Positions 10,773 through 20,218 of a DNA stretch of 64,000 nt are shown here, one piece after another. The stretch is taken from contig CAZVDL010000003.1 of assembly GCA_964626365.1 (NCBI GenBank), positions 23,783 through 87,782 on the forward strand, in the 5' to 3' direction. Both the position numbers and the translations under genes were made by a program. The notes below the pieces were generated by a model. It had not been told where the DNA came from. It saw nothing but the letters and a program-made list of their open reading frames with translations, and ran no database searches. Source of the stretch: an uncultured Nitrososphaerota archaeon. GTDB taxonomy: Archaea > Thermoproteota > Methanomethylicia > Nezhaarchaeales > B40-G2. Every line of letters begins with the position of its first letter. Position 1 is the first letter of the stretch.

Positions 10773-10937
10773 CTAGGCAGCTGTCTGAGACCCCATGATG
10801 GATGGATAGACCACCCTTCTAAAGTAACGCTTCCTGAAACCTACTCTGGGGTGGGGCCTTGTCCTAGGCCTTGGAGGTATCTTTGGAGTCTGACTCCTAA
10901 CCTTACCTGCCTTGGTTAGTGAGCCGTGGCTTGGCAT
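10773..10937 (-). CDS. rps30e: 30S ribosomal protein S30e
   Basis: 54-aa ORF below the ORF-track threshold: MPSHGSLTKAGKVRSQTPKIPPRPRTRPHPRVGFRKRYFRRV, matching the S30e GSLTKAGKVR.QTPK signature. Confidence 0.7.
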   Translation of the reverse strand: MPSHGSLTKAGKVRSQTPKIPPRPRTRPHPRVGFRKRYFRRVVYPSIMGSQTAA

Positions 10938-10985
10938 GGAGCATCCCCACGCTTATATGTAGCCGAACGATATAAAGCTTCCTAA

Positions 10986-11789
10986 TCAAGTCGAGGTCAC
11001 GGGTACTTTCCTACCTGAGGCATCCCTAACGTAAGACCCGAGCTCCTTTATCTTAACTAGCTCAGACAACTTAAACACAGGTCCTTCAAGACACACCCTT
11101 AGGCCGTTAATCGAACATGACCCACAGAGTCCAACGCCGCACTTAATGTACCTTTCAAGGCTCGCCTCTAGGTCAACCCCGTGTTTAAGAGCCACCTCCA
11201 TACACTTCACTATCATGGGCTCGGGGCCGCACACGTAGACTTTATCGGCCTTCGACTTGCTCAACGCCTCGTCGAGGGCCTCGTGAGCTAGGCCCTTAAA
11301 GCCCTCGGTGCCGTCATCGGTTGCAACCAATAACTTATCGGCTATACGCGCTAGTCTTTCCTTGAATATGAGCTCCTTAGCTGTGGTGGCCGCTATGATG
11401 ACCTCAACGTGGGAGCCGAGGCTCTTCAACTCCTCAGCTAAGGGAGCTAGAGGAGCTATTCCTACGCCGCCCCCCACTAAGACCGCCTTCAGCTTACTTA
11501 CCGTGAATCCCCTACCGTAGGGGCCTCTTACACCAATGAAGGAGTTTAACGGTAGCTTAAGCAGCTGGTTCGTTGTCTCGCCTACTCCCTTCACGGTGAA
11601 ACCTATTAGCCTAGGAGGCTTTATGACCGAGAGGCTCATAGGCACCTCCTCTGCGCTGGGCAGCCACACCATAATGAAGTTGCCAGGCCTAGCCTTTACG
11701 GCTATTTTTGGACACTCTAAGATTAAGGTCTTGACGTTACGGGCTTCGTCCTTAGCGTCGACTAGCTTAGCGACATGCATACCTAGCAC
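10986..11789 (-). CDS. pyrK: dihydroorotate dehydrogenase electron-transfer subunit
   Basis: FAD/NAD-binding fold plus C-terminal CGVGLCGSC 2Fe-2S motif; directly precedes pyrD. Confidence 0.85.
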   Translation of the reverse strand: MLGMHVAKLVDAKDEARNVKTLILECPKIAVKARPGNFIMVWLPSAEEVPMSLSVIKPPRLIGFTVKGVGETTNQLLKLPLNSFIGVRGPYGRGFTVSKLKAVLVGGGVGIAPLAPLAEELKSLGSHVEVIIAATTAKELIFKERLARIADKLLVATDDGTEGFKGLAHEALDEALSKSKADKVYVCGPEPMIVKCMEVALKHGVDLEASLERYIKCGVGLCGSCSINGLRVCLEGPVFKLSELVKIKELGSYVRDASGRKVPVTST

Positions 11790-12688
11790 CTGTGGGCATA
11801 GCCTATCAATTCCTTAATCGAGGAGAAGCCGTGAAGTTTTAGGTACCCTTCAACACCGTTAATTAGGCGTCTAAAGAGGTCAAAGCCCTCCTTTGCCAGC
11901 GCTGAGCCTACCTGGATAGCTGAGGCCCCAGCTAAGATAAACTCCAAGGCGTCCCTGTAGTCGCTGATGCCGCCGACACCGATGATCGGTATCTCCACTG
12001 CTTCATGTAGCTCATAGACGCATCTAACGGCTATAGGTTTAATGGCTGGCCCGGAGAGACCCCCAAATTTATTGGAGAGAACTGGGCGCTTTAAGTCTAC
12101 GTCTATGTACATGGCCTTTATGGTGTTTATGGCCGTAACCCCGTCACCCCCCGCTTTCTCGACTGCTTTAGCCACTTCCACGATACTAGGAGACTCAGCG
12201 GATAGCTTAGCGAAGACAGGGATTGATACTGAGTGCTTGACTCTGGCGATTACGTCATAGGCTAGTTTAGGGTCTTGGGAGTAAGACGTGAGCCCTCCGG
12301 CATGAGGGCAGGATAGATTTAGTTCGATGGCATCGGCGCCTATCTCCTCGGCCTTAAAGCTGGCCCTGGCGAACTCCTCTACCGTTGAGCCAAAGACGCT
12401 CACTATCACCGGCACGCCTACATCCTTTACTTCACGTAGCTCCTCCCGAAACGACTCCAATCCTGGGTTGGCTAGGCCTATAGCGTTTAGATACCCGTAG
12501 GGTAGCTCTACTACCACGGGGTTAGGGTACCCTTCTCTTGGATCTAAGCTCAACGACTTGGTTACGACCGCGCCCGCTCCAGCCATAGCTATCCTCTTAA
12601 GTAAGCCCCCTGTCGTGGATAAGACACCCGAGGCGTTCATGAACGGGTTGCTTAGCTTAAGCGAGGAGATCTCAGTCTCCAAGTTCAA
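11783..12688 (-). CDS. pyrD: dihydroorotate dehydrogenase (class 1B) catalytic subunit
   Basis: TIM-barrel DHODH motifs (NASGVL, VTKS, GGIS); overlaps pyrK. Confidence 0.9.
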   Translation of the reverse strand: MNLETEISSLKLSNPFMNASGVLSTTGGLLKRIAMAGAGAVVTKSLSLDPREGYPNPVVVELPYGYLNAIGLANPGLESFREELREVKDVGVPVIVSVFGSTVEEFARASFKAEEIGADAIELNLSCPHAGGLTSYSQDPKLAYDVIARVKHSVSIPVFAKLSAESPSIVEVAKAVEKAGGDGVTAINTIKAMYIDVDLKRPVLSNKFGGLSGPAIKPIAVRCVYELHEAVEIPIIGVGGISDYRDALEFILAGASAIQVGSALAKEGFDLFRRLINGVEGYLKLHGFSSIKELIGYAHRC

Positions 12689-13311
12689 AGACAGAGAGGA
12701 CCCCCTCCCGAACGTTAGAGGTTGAATACCTATAAAGTCTGAGGCCGGATAAGGAGAGAAACGATGGCTTCGCGAGAGGATAAAAGAGGAGGTAGGTTCG
12801 CGTTAGTTCTTCACTGTTTACTAAACCAGAACGCCCTAGAGCCTGGCTACGCCATGTACAGCGCTGCTGTAGAACCTGTCGTAAATTATCTGATCAAGCA
12901 GGGAGGGCGTAGGCATCGTGCAGTACCCGTGCCCTGAATCTTACTGTGAAGGTTAGAGGAGGCCTGCCTTACCAGGCGAAGAGGGAAAAGAGAAGGTATA
13001 GGGTACCTAGCATGGTCAGGTGTTATAGGAGGTTAGCTAGAGAGGTCTGTGACTTAATAGAGGAGCTCGTGAAGGGGGTCTAGGTTTACGTGTATTATTG
13101 GGGGGTCTCGTAGCCCTACCTGCGGCGTAACGGAGGATGGTCGACCTTTTGGAGTATTCCTCGAGGGACTCGTGGAGGAATTAGGAGACGTGGAATCGAG
13201 GTGCCTCCGCTAATAAGGACATCGAGAGACCCTAATACCAAGGAGATATTGGTAGACGAGGTGTTGACTAAGTTGAGAAGAGTAATTGAAGAAACCTAAA
13301 GCTCAATCAGT

Positions 13312-13320
13312 TTTTTTAGT
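13312..13320 (+). terminator. T-tract (T7) putative archaeal terminator of a plus-strand transcript
   Basis: cagtttttttagtg at the 3' side of the ORF-free 12689-13445 interval. Confidence 0.3.
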
Positions 13321-13445
13321 GCGCACGAGACGCCATGCCCCTTAAACCCGCCTTACTAAATGGTAATTATACGTGGCCGAGTTAGTCGGGCTTGTTTTCA
13401 TTCCCTTAATAATAGCAATAGAGGGGTCAGCTCGTCGCGAGCACA

Positions 13446-13814
13446 TCATTGATTGCTCTCTACAGCCTGGGGCATGGCTTCTTCATCCCCTCGACTAAAT
13501 GGTTTTGACTCTTTAAGTGCTTTTCGGAGCTTCTTTAGAGTACCACTAACCCTCTCCACGTGGAGGAGACAGGAAGACCCCTCAGCCTCTTTGACGGCCG
13601 CTGCTGCCGCTCTCACCATCCATACTGACTTATGGCTACATTTTAAGATCAGCTTGCCTGGAAGAACCTCAATTAGCAGTAAGCCCGCCTGTGATAAACC
13701 GAATTCACCTAGTAGGCGTCTAAGAGCTTCTCTTAGTTCACGCCAAGCTTTATGAGGGTCTACGTCGCCATGTATACATATTGACAAGTATCTAGTCCTC
13801 TCGAGCTTAACCAC
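13446..13814 (-). CDS. rnp2: RNase P protein component 2 (Pop5)
   Basis: 122 aa; RYLSICIHG, LILKCSHKSV and VERVSGTLKKLRKAL align with the archaeal Pop5 pattern (RYIAF, VRCDR, VLGVSGTIKRLKRK). Confidence 0.7.
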   Translation of the reverse strand: MVKLERTRYLSICIHGDVDPHKAWRELREALRRLLGEFGLSQAGLLLIEVLPGKLILKCSHKSVWMVRAAAAAVKEAEGSSCLLHVERVSGTLKKLRKALKESKPFSRGDEEAMPQAVESNQ

Positions 13815-14508
13815 TTTTAGGCTCCACCACCCTAACTCCTGGCATTACATAGTTTGGACTCAGCTTAGACCTGTTTAAGTCTAGCCTATGTTTAGGGACC
13901 TCCGATAGCATCCTTCTAGCCTCCTCTTCATCCATAGTTATGAGCGCTGCTAACGCTGCTAAATCCCTTGGGGCTCTCATATGCATTAGCTCTTCAGCGC
14001 CACTAGCAAAGACTACATTCAAACCTCTTTTTTTGGCTAGTTCGTAGGCCTTACGGTAATGTCTTAGGAGGGGAGAGCAGCAGCCCCTTATTATTAGCGG
14101 GGCTAGGTCCATCTCTAAGATGACACCCGAGCTCCTCATTAAGCTAGCGACACCTTCATCGAACACCTTAACCCTTGGGTCGGGTTGAAGCACCAGGAAA
14201 TCTACCCTTGAGTCCCTGGCAGCTACCCTAGCCACCTCTATCGTGAGGGGGACGACACCTACAAACTCCACCTTCCTACGGTTCTTCGTTAATGTTTGCT
14301 TCAGCTTAGAGGAGGATTCAACGTGTACATCTAAGCGGATGGCTACATCAATCTTTAACTTACGCCCCTCATTCGCTAGTTCCTTGGCCAGGTTTAAGTT
14401 CAGCTCATCAACAGCTAAGGCTACTCCTCTCCACTTTAAATGGCGAGCTAAGGATAAAGCCTCAGAGGTGAGTACACGCAGTCTAGCGTCTAGGAAGAAC
14501 TTAGACAT
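13807..14508 (-). CDS. rnp3: RNase P protein component 3 (Rpp30)
   Basis: 233-aa TIM-barrel-like protein immediately upstream of and overlapping pop5, the conserved rnp3-rnp2 pair. Confidence 0.5.
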   Translation of the reverse strand: MSKFFLDARLRVLTSEALSLARHLKWRGVALAVDELNLNLAKELANEGRKLKIDVAIRLDVHVESSSKLKQTLTKNRRKVEFVGVVPLTIEVARVAARDSRVDFLVLQPDPRVKVFDEGVASLMRSSGVILEMDLAPLIIRGCCSPLLRHYRKAYELAKKRGLNVVFASGAEELMHMRAPRDLAALAALITMDEEEARRMLSEVPKHRLDLNRSKLSPNYVMPGVRVVEPKSG

Positions 14509-14938
14509 TCAGTAAACCTACCTTCCTTAGGTACTCCTTTAAGCTGCTGCCTTTAGGTATGGTAGGGGTCAACTTAACCTTAATGGCCTCGCCCCTTAAG
14601 GTCAACCTAGCCCTCCCTAAGTAGGCCTGCCCCTTATCTAACCGTAAGTAAAGGCTTGAACCATCAACCCTGAGATCAAGGCTGTACGCGAGCTCGCGTT
14701 TATCCTCATCGTTGAGCTTAGATGAAAGCTCCTTTATGAAAAGCTCAGCGTCCCTGTCTCTAAGCTCAAGTCTTAGTATAGCGATCTCGTTGTCGTAGTG
14801 TCCCTTTACGGTCTCTATTACAGGGTTGACCCTCCCCCTAAGGCTTTGAGGTAGTAAGTTTTGGAGAGCCTCGAGAACCTTACTTAGGTTCTCCGTGGCG
14901 TGGGCGAAGGTCTCTAAGTACACCGACATATCCATCAA
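14501..14938 (-). CDS. UPF0201/DUF54 family protein (predicted RNA-binding, linked to the exosome/RNase P superoperon)
   Basis: 145 aa with HATENLSKV motif near the N-terminus; placement in the conserved neighbourhood. Confidence 0.4.
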   Translation of the reverse strand: MMDMSVYLETFAHATENLSKVLEALQNLLPQSLRGRVNPVIETVKGHYDNEIAILRLELRDRDAELFIKELSSKLNDEDKRELAYSLDLRVDGSSLYLRLDKGQAYLGRARLTLRGEAIKVKLTPTIPKGSSLKEYLRKVGLLNV

Positions 14939-15735
14939 CTAAAGGGGTTTGCCTCCTCCCAGCGTTTATGGAAGGACTCAGTAAAGACCCTAATTAAACC
15001 CTCGTTCTCCGTGTAGTGAGGCCTATAGTAGGTCGTCTTATGCTCAGTGGCCCATATTAAGAATACGAGCTTCCTACCGTCGACTATAGTCCCTCTCAAA
15101 GGATACCATGGCTCCCTTTGAACCCTAACCTCCGCCCCAATGGACTTAAGCTTCTCAGCCGCCCTCTTCGATTCCTCGTCCACCACCCTCATTAACACCT
15201 TAATCAGTACACCACGTGACCTGGCGCTCGCGAGCTCTTCGTATACCTTATCTAGCCAGCCGAAGCCAGCCGTAAATATGTCGATCTCCTTAGTAGCCTC
15301 GCTCACCATTTTAACCGTCTGGAGCTCCATGTCCTTGAGGCTCCCTAAGGGCTTCAGTAGCTCCTCAGGCTTAATACCAAGCCTCCTTTCAGCGTGAAAG
15401 GCTTCAAGTAAGCTTTTAAGCCTTGAAGCCGTGGACCTCAAACCTTCAAGCTCAGCGTTCAGTTCTTCAACCTTAAGCCTCAACATCGCGTTGACAGCAT
15501 CCTCAAAATTAACGGGCAAGTATACGTTGTGGTCCTCGGGAGAAGGCTTCACCAAGCCCTTAGCCTCCATGCCTTCAAGCGCCGACCTAGTTTCATCTAC
15601 GGAGGAACCTGTAATCGCCGCAGCCTCCTCTAAGTTAAGGGAGGACTTTTCAAGAGCCCTCAGGTAGAGCTTAGCCTCCAGCTTAGAGAAGCCTAGCTTC
15701 TCAAACAGTGAGGAGATCTCCTCATCAATATTCAT
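14935..15735 (-). CDS. TrmB-family transcriptional regulator
   Basis: N-terminal wHTH LGFSKLEAKLYLRALEKSSLNLEEAAAITGSS...KGLV (TrmB pattern) followed by a coiled-coil and a C-terminal domain. Confidence 0.5.
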   Translation of the reverse strand: MNIDEEISSLFEKLGFSKLEAKLYLRALEKSSLNLEEAAAITGSSVDETRSALEGMEAKGLVKPSPEDHNVYLPVNFEDAVNAMLRLKVEELNAELEGLRSTASRLKSLLEAFHAERRLGIKPEELLKPLGSLKDMELQTVKMVSEATKEIDIFTAGFGWLDKVYEELASARSRGVLIKVLMRVVDEESKRAAEKLKSIGAEVRVQREPWYPLRGTIVDGRKLVFLIWATEHKTTYYRPHYTENEGLIRVFTESFHKRWEEANPFS

Positions 15736-15780
15736 AGCGTCCTCAGTGTAATAAGAGGGGAGGCAAGCTATAAGTCCTAT

Positions 15781-16245
15781 CTATGGGTCTTTGGGCGATA
15801 GCTTAGCCTGAAGCTCCCTGTCCGACTTAATGGATGGATGATGAGGATCTACCAATATAACCTCGAACCACTTATGCCTTCCATCCTCCCCGACCCAGTA
15901 GCTACCCATTACCTTTAGGTTAGGATATTTGCGGGAGGCCCTCTCCTCAGCTATCTTCCTGAGGCTTTTCCAGGGAGAGAAGCCGTAAACGCCCATTCTC
16001 TTAGGCCTCCTACCGCTCCTAGGCCTAGGCTTCCTCAACCCCCCCTTCCTCACTCTAACCCTAACCACAACGAAGCCAACCTTAGCCTTATAGCCAAGAG
16101 AACGGGCCCTATCAATCCTTGTGGGCTTCTCTATCCTAACTACCGTGGGCTGCCTCCTCCAAGCTATTAAGCGCTCCTTCATTAAGCTTGAAACGTAGCT
16201 CTCACTAGGCTTCCTCCACGCTAAGGCCATGTACTTGTACATCAT
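15781..16245 (-). CDS. rpl15e: 50S ribosomal protein L15e (C-terminally short)
   Basis: [13 protein letters not shown]...[27 protein letters not shown]...[27 protein letters not shown]; lacks the usual roughly 40-aa C-terminal RGLTSAG segment. Confidence 0.75.
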   Translation of the reverse strand: MMYKYMALAWRKPSESYVSSLMKERLIAWRRQPTVVRIEKPTRIDRARSLGYKAKVGFVVVRVRVRKGGLRKPRPRSGRRPKRMGVYGFSPWKSLRKIAEERASRKYPNLKVMGSYWVGEDGRHKWFEVILVDPHHPSIKSDRELQAKLSPKDP

Positions 16246-16604
16246 TAACCACCCTTACGGCTCTCCTTCAACGCTTTTAAGGCCTCTGCTCTTTGCTCCG
16301 GGGGGAGGTTCCTTATAATTAAATGTTTAGGTTCAACCTTACTTAGCTCCTCGGGGCTGTTGTATACGTGAGCATGCCCCTTAGTACGGTGGGTCCTCGC
16401 CCTCGTTAGGAGAGATTTTACGAGTACACAGTCAACAGACACACCTAGCTGGCTGGCTATGACTTGTCTTATGGACCAGCGGTCTGGGGTCCCTTTACCC
16501 GCGTGTATGATTTGAAAGATCACTTCACGTCGATTCAAGAGGGGGTTCTCCTTTATCTCCTCTATCTTGATGAGTGACTTAAGCTCTTCAAGCGACTCGG
16601 CCAT
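16245..16604 (-). CDS. rps24e: 30S ribosomal protein S24e
   Basis: [27 protein letters not shown]...[24 protein letters not shown] matches the S24e family. Confidence 0.8.
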   Translation of the reverse strand: MAESLEELKSLIKIEEIKENPLLNRREVIFQIIHAGKGTPDRWSIRQVIASQLGVSVDCVLVKSLLTRARTHRTKGHAHVYNSPEELSKVEPKHLIIRNLPPEQRAEALKALKESRKGG

Positions 16605-16671
16605 AGTTGGACCCCGTCAATGACGAGGTCGACAGCGTTAGGCTCCTTATTAGCTTTACTGTATGGATACC

Positions 16672-17199
16672 CTAGAGCTCCACCAGGCTAAACGACTCCA
16701 GTAAACCCTTAAAGAAAGCCTTAGAAGATTCATCGACGACCACGAGCACCACCCCCTCATTAGGTTGGCCATATATGACTAGGGAGTTAAGGGGAGCATA
16801 AAGCACGGACGGTATGGTCAGTAAATCCTCCTCTCCCTCCACCTCCATTAAGGCCCCTCCGCCCTCCTCGATAAGGGACTTAAGCACATCCATGGCGTCG
16901 AGAGATAGGTGGCCAGGCGGATTGACCACTTTAACCACCCTCCTAAACTCAACAGCCAACTCTAAGGGGCGGCCACGCCTCTTCGTCTTATAATCCACTA
17001 TCGCTAAATCCAGCTTAACGCCATGCTTCAAGGAGTCCTCGACGACTACGTCCCCCACAGCGATGATACGCGGAGACATCCTCGAGGAGGCCTCCATAAG
17101 CAGCGCTGAGTATATTCGCTCAGTGGGGCCTTTCAACAGCCTGCCCAGCGGTTTTTGAAGAGTAGGCCTCAACTCTTCAGGTAACCTTAAGGCCTTCAA
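16672..17199 (-). CDS. DUF359 family protein (putative GTP-dependent dephospho-CoA kinase)
   Basis: 175 aa with AVGDVVVED motif; conserved archaeal neighbourhood rpoE-spt4-DUF359-rps24e. Confidence 0.4.
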   Translation of the reverse strand: MKALRLPEELRPTLQKPLGRLLKGPTERIYSALLMEASSRMSPRIIAVGDVVVEDSLKHGVKLDLAIVDYKTKRRGRPLELAVEFRRVVKVVNPPGHLSLDAMDVLKSLIEEGGGALMEVEGEEDLLTIPSVLYAPLNSLVIYGQPNEGVVLVVVDESSKAFFKGLLESFSLVEL

Positions 17200-17213
17200 C
17201 CTGCCATCCTCGA

Positions 17214-17423
17214 CTAGCGCACCTTTAAGGCGTAGCGCCCCGGCTTCGTTATGTTAAGGAGCTTAGCTACTTTAGAGTGCTCAGGGTCTATTATGGCGAC
17301 GCAGCCGCTCCAGTCAGTCGAAAAACTAGTCCCCTTACAGATAGGGCACACGTTGACCTCTAGAGGTACGAGGGCTTTACACTTGGTGCAGGCCTTTAAC
17401 CTGCCGGTGCCCCGGCTACTCAA
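17214..17423 (-). CDS. spt4: transcription elongation factor Spt4 (RNAP subunit E'')
   Basis: 69 aa, Zn-ribbon CTKC...CPIC and GCVAIIDPEHSKVAKLL...GRYALKV; directly downstream of rpoE. Confidence 0.8.
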   Translation of the reverse strand: MSSRGTGRLKACTKCKALVPLEVNVCPICKGTSFSTDWSGCVAIIDPEHSKVAKLLNITKPGRYALKVR

Positions 17424-17424
17424 T

Positions 17425-18018
17425 TTAAGCCCCCGCCTTCTTTGCTTTAGCGCCCTTTACAGGGGCTCTAGCCTTCTCTAAGTCCTCTTCAATCCACTCA
17501 AGCTTACCTAGGAAGGGCTGCCTCATGGTCAATCCCACCTTGCAGTCCCTAAAGCTACCGCTCGATAAGCTTACCGTAACCACCCTGGCCCTCACCACGT
17601 CCCCTTTCTGTAAAACTCTCTTAGTATTCTTACAGAGCAAAGCGCCGCGCTTACCATCATAGGAGATGTAGTCATCAGCCACCTGGGAGACATGCACTAA
17701 CCCCTCTAAGGGGCCTAGCCTTAGAAAGGCGCCGAAGGATGTTACCTCTGTTACCTCAGCCTCGACCACTTCATGTTCGACGGGCTTAAAGGTCAAGAGC
17801 GTAAAGACCGCCTTGTGGTAGGTGGCTCCATCCCCCGGCACGATCTTACCCATAGGGGAGACCTTCACGTCCACGACAGCCAGTATTCCACCAAGGGTCT
17901 TATTCATCACTCCCTCGTAAGTCTCCTTTAAAACCTCCATAGCTGACTTCTCTAGAGGCTCCCTAAACTTGTTGGGCGGTATTCTAACTACGTCGCTAAC
18001 CTCGACGAGATAATACAA
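17425..18018 (-). CDS. rpoE: DNA-directed RNA polymerase subunit E' (Rpo7)
   Basis: N-terminal MYYLVEVSDVVRIPP plus S1 domain; 197 aa. Confidence 0.85.
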   Translation of the reverse strand: MYYLVEVSDVVRIPPNKFREPLEKSAMEVLKETYEGVMNKTLGGILAVVDVKVSPMGKIVPGDGATYHKAVFTLLTFKPVEHEVVEAEVTEVTSFGAFLRLGPLEGLVHVSQVADDYISYDGKRGALLCKNTKRVLQKGDVVRARVVTVSLSSGSFRDCKVGLTMRQPFLGKLEWIEEDLEKARAPVKGAKAKKAGA

Positions 18019-18099
18019 TCGATACCACCGTTTAGCTTTAAACCTGATTGTTAAGGAGCTACTCAGAGCAGGGATTAAAAGTTTCCCTAAAATAGCCCA

Positions 18100-18513
18100 T
18101 CAACTATCTAAGACCTCCCCCTCAAGTTCGAGCCTCTTCTCACCTCTAAGATAAATGGTGGGCACCCCCATCCTTCTAAGCTTAGCCCTCAGCTCCCTAT
18201 CTACCGTAGCCACCACCCACCTTCTTCCCTTCGACGACTCGACTATGGCTTTATCTGTCCCTCCCTCAATCTTTATATCTAGCACCTCCACGTTTAGACC
18301 CCTTAAAAGCTCCAAGGCTAGCTTAGCTCTCCTCCTCACACCAGGGTCTCCCTGAGATGCCAGCTTCTCTAACTCCCTAACAACGTTAGGTAGGGTGACC
18401 AGCTTATAGCCCCTATTAAGGACCCTATCGAGCTCGCTTAGGAGGTTGATTCTCTTAACTGAGGGCAGCATTAAAAAGCTTGAGTCTAAGAGCACCTCTA
18501 CCTTAGGCTTCAA
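18100..18513 (-). CDS. PIN-domain protein (Fcf1/Utp24-like putative rRNA-processing nuclease)
   Basis: 137 aa; acidic PIN residues (LLDSSFL ... VATVD); conserved archaeal neighbour of aIF2-gamma. Confidence 0.5.
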   Translation of the reverse strand: MKPKVEVLLDSSFLMLPSVKRINLLSELDRVLNRGYKLVTLPNVVRELEKLASQGDPGVRRRAKLALELLRGLNVEVLDIKIEGGTDKAIVESSKGRRWVVATVDRELRAKLRRMGVPTIYLRGEKRLELEGEVLDS

Positions 18514-18521
18514 GACTACTA

Positions 18522-19814
18522 CTACCTTATCATGCCATAACCTATTAGGCGGAAGCGGCCGCCTATCTGCCTACTTATAGCTACCCTCGAGCCAACCTCA
18601 GCGCATACAGGCCTCCTTAACTTTATACGTACCACGTCCCCTGCTGGCATGGCAGTGCCTATGGTAGTTGCCGTGCCTACATTGAGCATTAAGGTCTCGT
18701 TAGGCTTTATCTTCTCAACCTTCACCTGTTCAGCAGTGCCCACCGCTTTTTCAAGTAAGTAGACCTCAAGCTCTAGCTCCCACCAAACCTCAGGCAAGGT
18801 TCCAGGCTTACCCACGACGTTGCCTACCAACGAGTCGGACTTAGTGAGAGAGGGATCTAAAGTGGTACCTACACCAATTAAACCCCCCGGCCTAGCAGCC
18901 TCAAGGTCAACGTCGCCTCCTCTAAGGCTAACTACCTCAGTGTATAGGGGCTCGTAGATTACTCTCCCTCCAGGTTTTTCAATTCTCAACCCAGGCCTTA
19001 TCTCTATTTCATCTCCCACCCTTAATACCCCTTGAATTATGGATCCTCCCAACACCCCTCCCCTTAAGTCTTCAGGTGACGTGCCAGGCTTATTGACGTC
19101 AAAGGACCTAGCCACAAACATCCTAAAGGGCTTACCTTCGTCCCTAATAGGTGTGGGCATTAGCTCATCTATAGCTTGGAGTAGGACATCTACGTTTACA
19201 CCGTGGAGCGCTGAAATAGGGATTACCGGTGCGTCCCTAGCTGGCGAGTCCTTGATAAAGTCTAGGATCTGCCTATAGTGCTCCAGTATCTTCTCCTTGG
19301 GGACCACGTCGATCTTGTTTTGCACCACTATTATCTTGTTGACCCCTATTATCTCGAGAGCCTTTAGGTGCTCGCGCGTCTGTGGTTGAGGGCATGGAGC
19401 CGTAGCGTCTATTACTAAGAGAGCGCCGTCCATCAACGTAGCGCCGGCTAGCATGGTGGCCATCAACATCTCGTGGCCAGGGCAGTCAACAAAACTGAAT
19501 TTCCTCAGGAACTGGAGAGGAGAGCCACAGTGCTTACATGTCCACCCCCCAGCTAGGTGAAGAGTGGTGTAGCACTGAGGAGGAGGGCAGCTAGGGCATT
19601 TTAGGGCCACCACATCTGCATACCCTAGCCTAAGGGTAACCCCCCTCTTCATTTCCTCTGAGTGCTTAGCTGCCCATACACCTGAAAGTACCCAAGCTAA
19701 GGTGGTCTTACCGTGGTCTACGTGGCCGGTCGTGCCAATGTTAAGCACGGACTGAGAGCGCCTAGCTAGCTCCTGAGCCTCCTCCACGCTCACCTTCTTC
19801 GCCCTCCACCACAA
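18522..19814 (-). CDS. eif2g: translation initiation factor 2 subunit gamma
   Basis: GHVDHGKTTL G1 motif, Zn-ribbon CPSC...CKHCG insertion, DCPGHE; 430 aa. Confidence 0.9.
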   Translation of the reverse strand: MWWRAKKVSVEEAQELARRSQSVLNIGTTGHVDHGKTTLAWVLSGVWAAKHSEEMKRGVTLRLGYADVVALKCPSCPPPQCYTTLHLAGGWTCKHCGSPLQFLRKFSFVDCPGHEMLMATMLAGATLMDGALLVIDATAPCPQPQTREHLKALEIIGVNKIIVVQNKIDVVPKEKILEHYRQILDFIKDSPARDAPVIPISALHGVNVDVLLQAIDELMPTPIRDEGKPFRMFVARSFDVNKPGTSPEDLRGGVLGGSIIQGVLRVGDEIEIRPGLRIEKPGGRVIYEPLYTEVVSLRGGDVDLEAARPGGLIGVGTTLDPSLTKSDSLVGNVVGKPGTLPEVWWELELEVYLLEKAVGTAEQVKVEKIKPNETLMLNVGTATTIGTAMPAGDVVRIKLRRPVCAEVGSRVAISRQIGGRFRLIGYGMIR

Positions 19815-20145
19815 CCATGTTTATCTGCACTATATCCTCGGTGATGGTATTCCCTCTAACAGTAACTCTCTTCCTCATACCTGGTTTCTTAGGGTGAAAG
19901 CCTGGAGGGCCTGATAACAATACGCGGTACTTACCCCCGCCAGGTATGTCGTGTCTCATGGGGAAACCGCTTCGATCACTGCCACCTGTTATCTTTAGCT
20001 TGACGCCTTCAAAGCCGAAGGGAGTACCGTCTATGACGTCGCCTATCTTCAAGCCTATTAGGGCCTGAGCTTGAGGACCCTCCACAGTTATCTGCTTTGC
20101 CTTGCCTGTCTTTGGGTCTGAGACGACGAGCTTGAAGGACATCAA
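19762..20145 (-). CDS. rps6e: 30S ribosomal protein S6e
   Basis: MSFKLVVSDPKTGKAKQITVEG...GFPMRHD matches S6e. Confidence 0.8.
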   Translation of the reverse strand: MMSFKLVVSDPKTGKAKQITVEGPQAQALIGLKIGDVIDGTPFGFEGVKLKITGGSDRSGFPMRHDIPGGGKYRVLLSGPPGFHPKKPGMRKRVTVRGNTITEDIVQINMVVVEGEEGERGGGSGAS

Positions 20146-20218
20146 TGCACACCTCGAGGCTGGAACTACGAGTAGGAGGGCCTTAAATATTCATTGCTCC
20201 TACGGCGGCCTCTATTGG

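Noticed and set aside
12689-13445. RNase P RNA gene adjacent to the pop5-rpp30 pair
   Set aside because: I could not find the universal P4/CR-I (GGAAAGUCCGGGC-like) or CR-IV/V motifs by eye, so I left it as an unclassified ncRNA candidate rather than calling it an RNase P RNA.
19762-19814. 52-nt overlap between the rps6e 3' end and the aIF2-gamma start
   Set aside because: It most likely reflects an over-extended aIF2-gamma start call (alternative GTG/TTG starts downstream) rather than a genuine long overlap.
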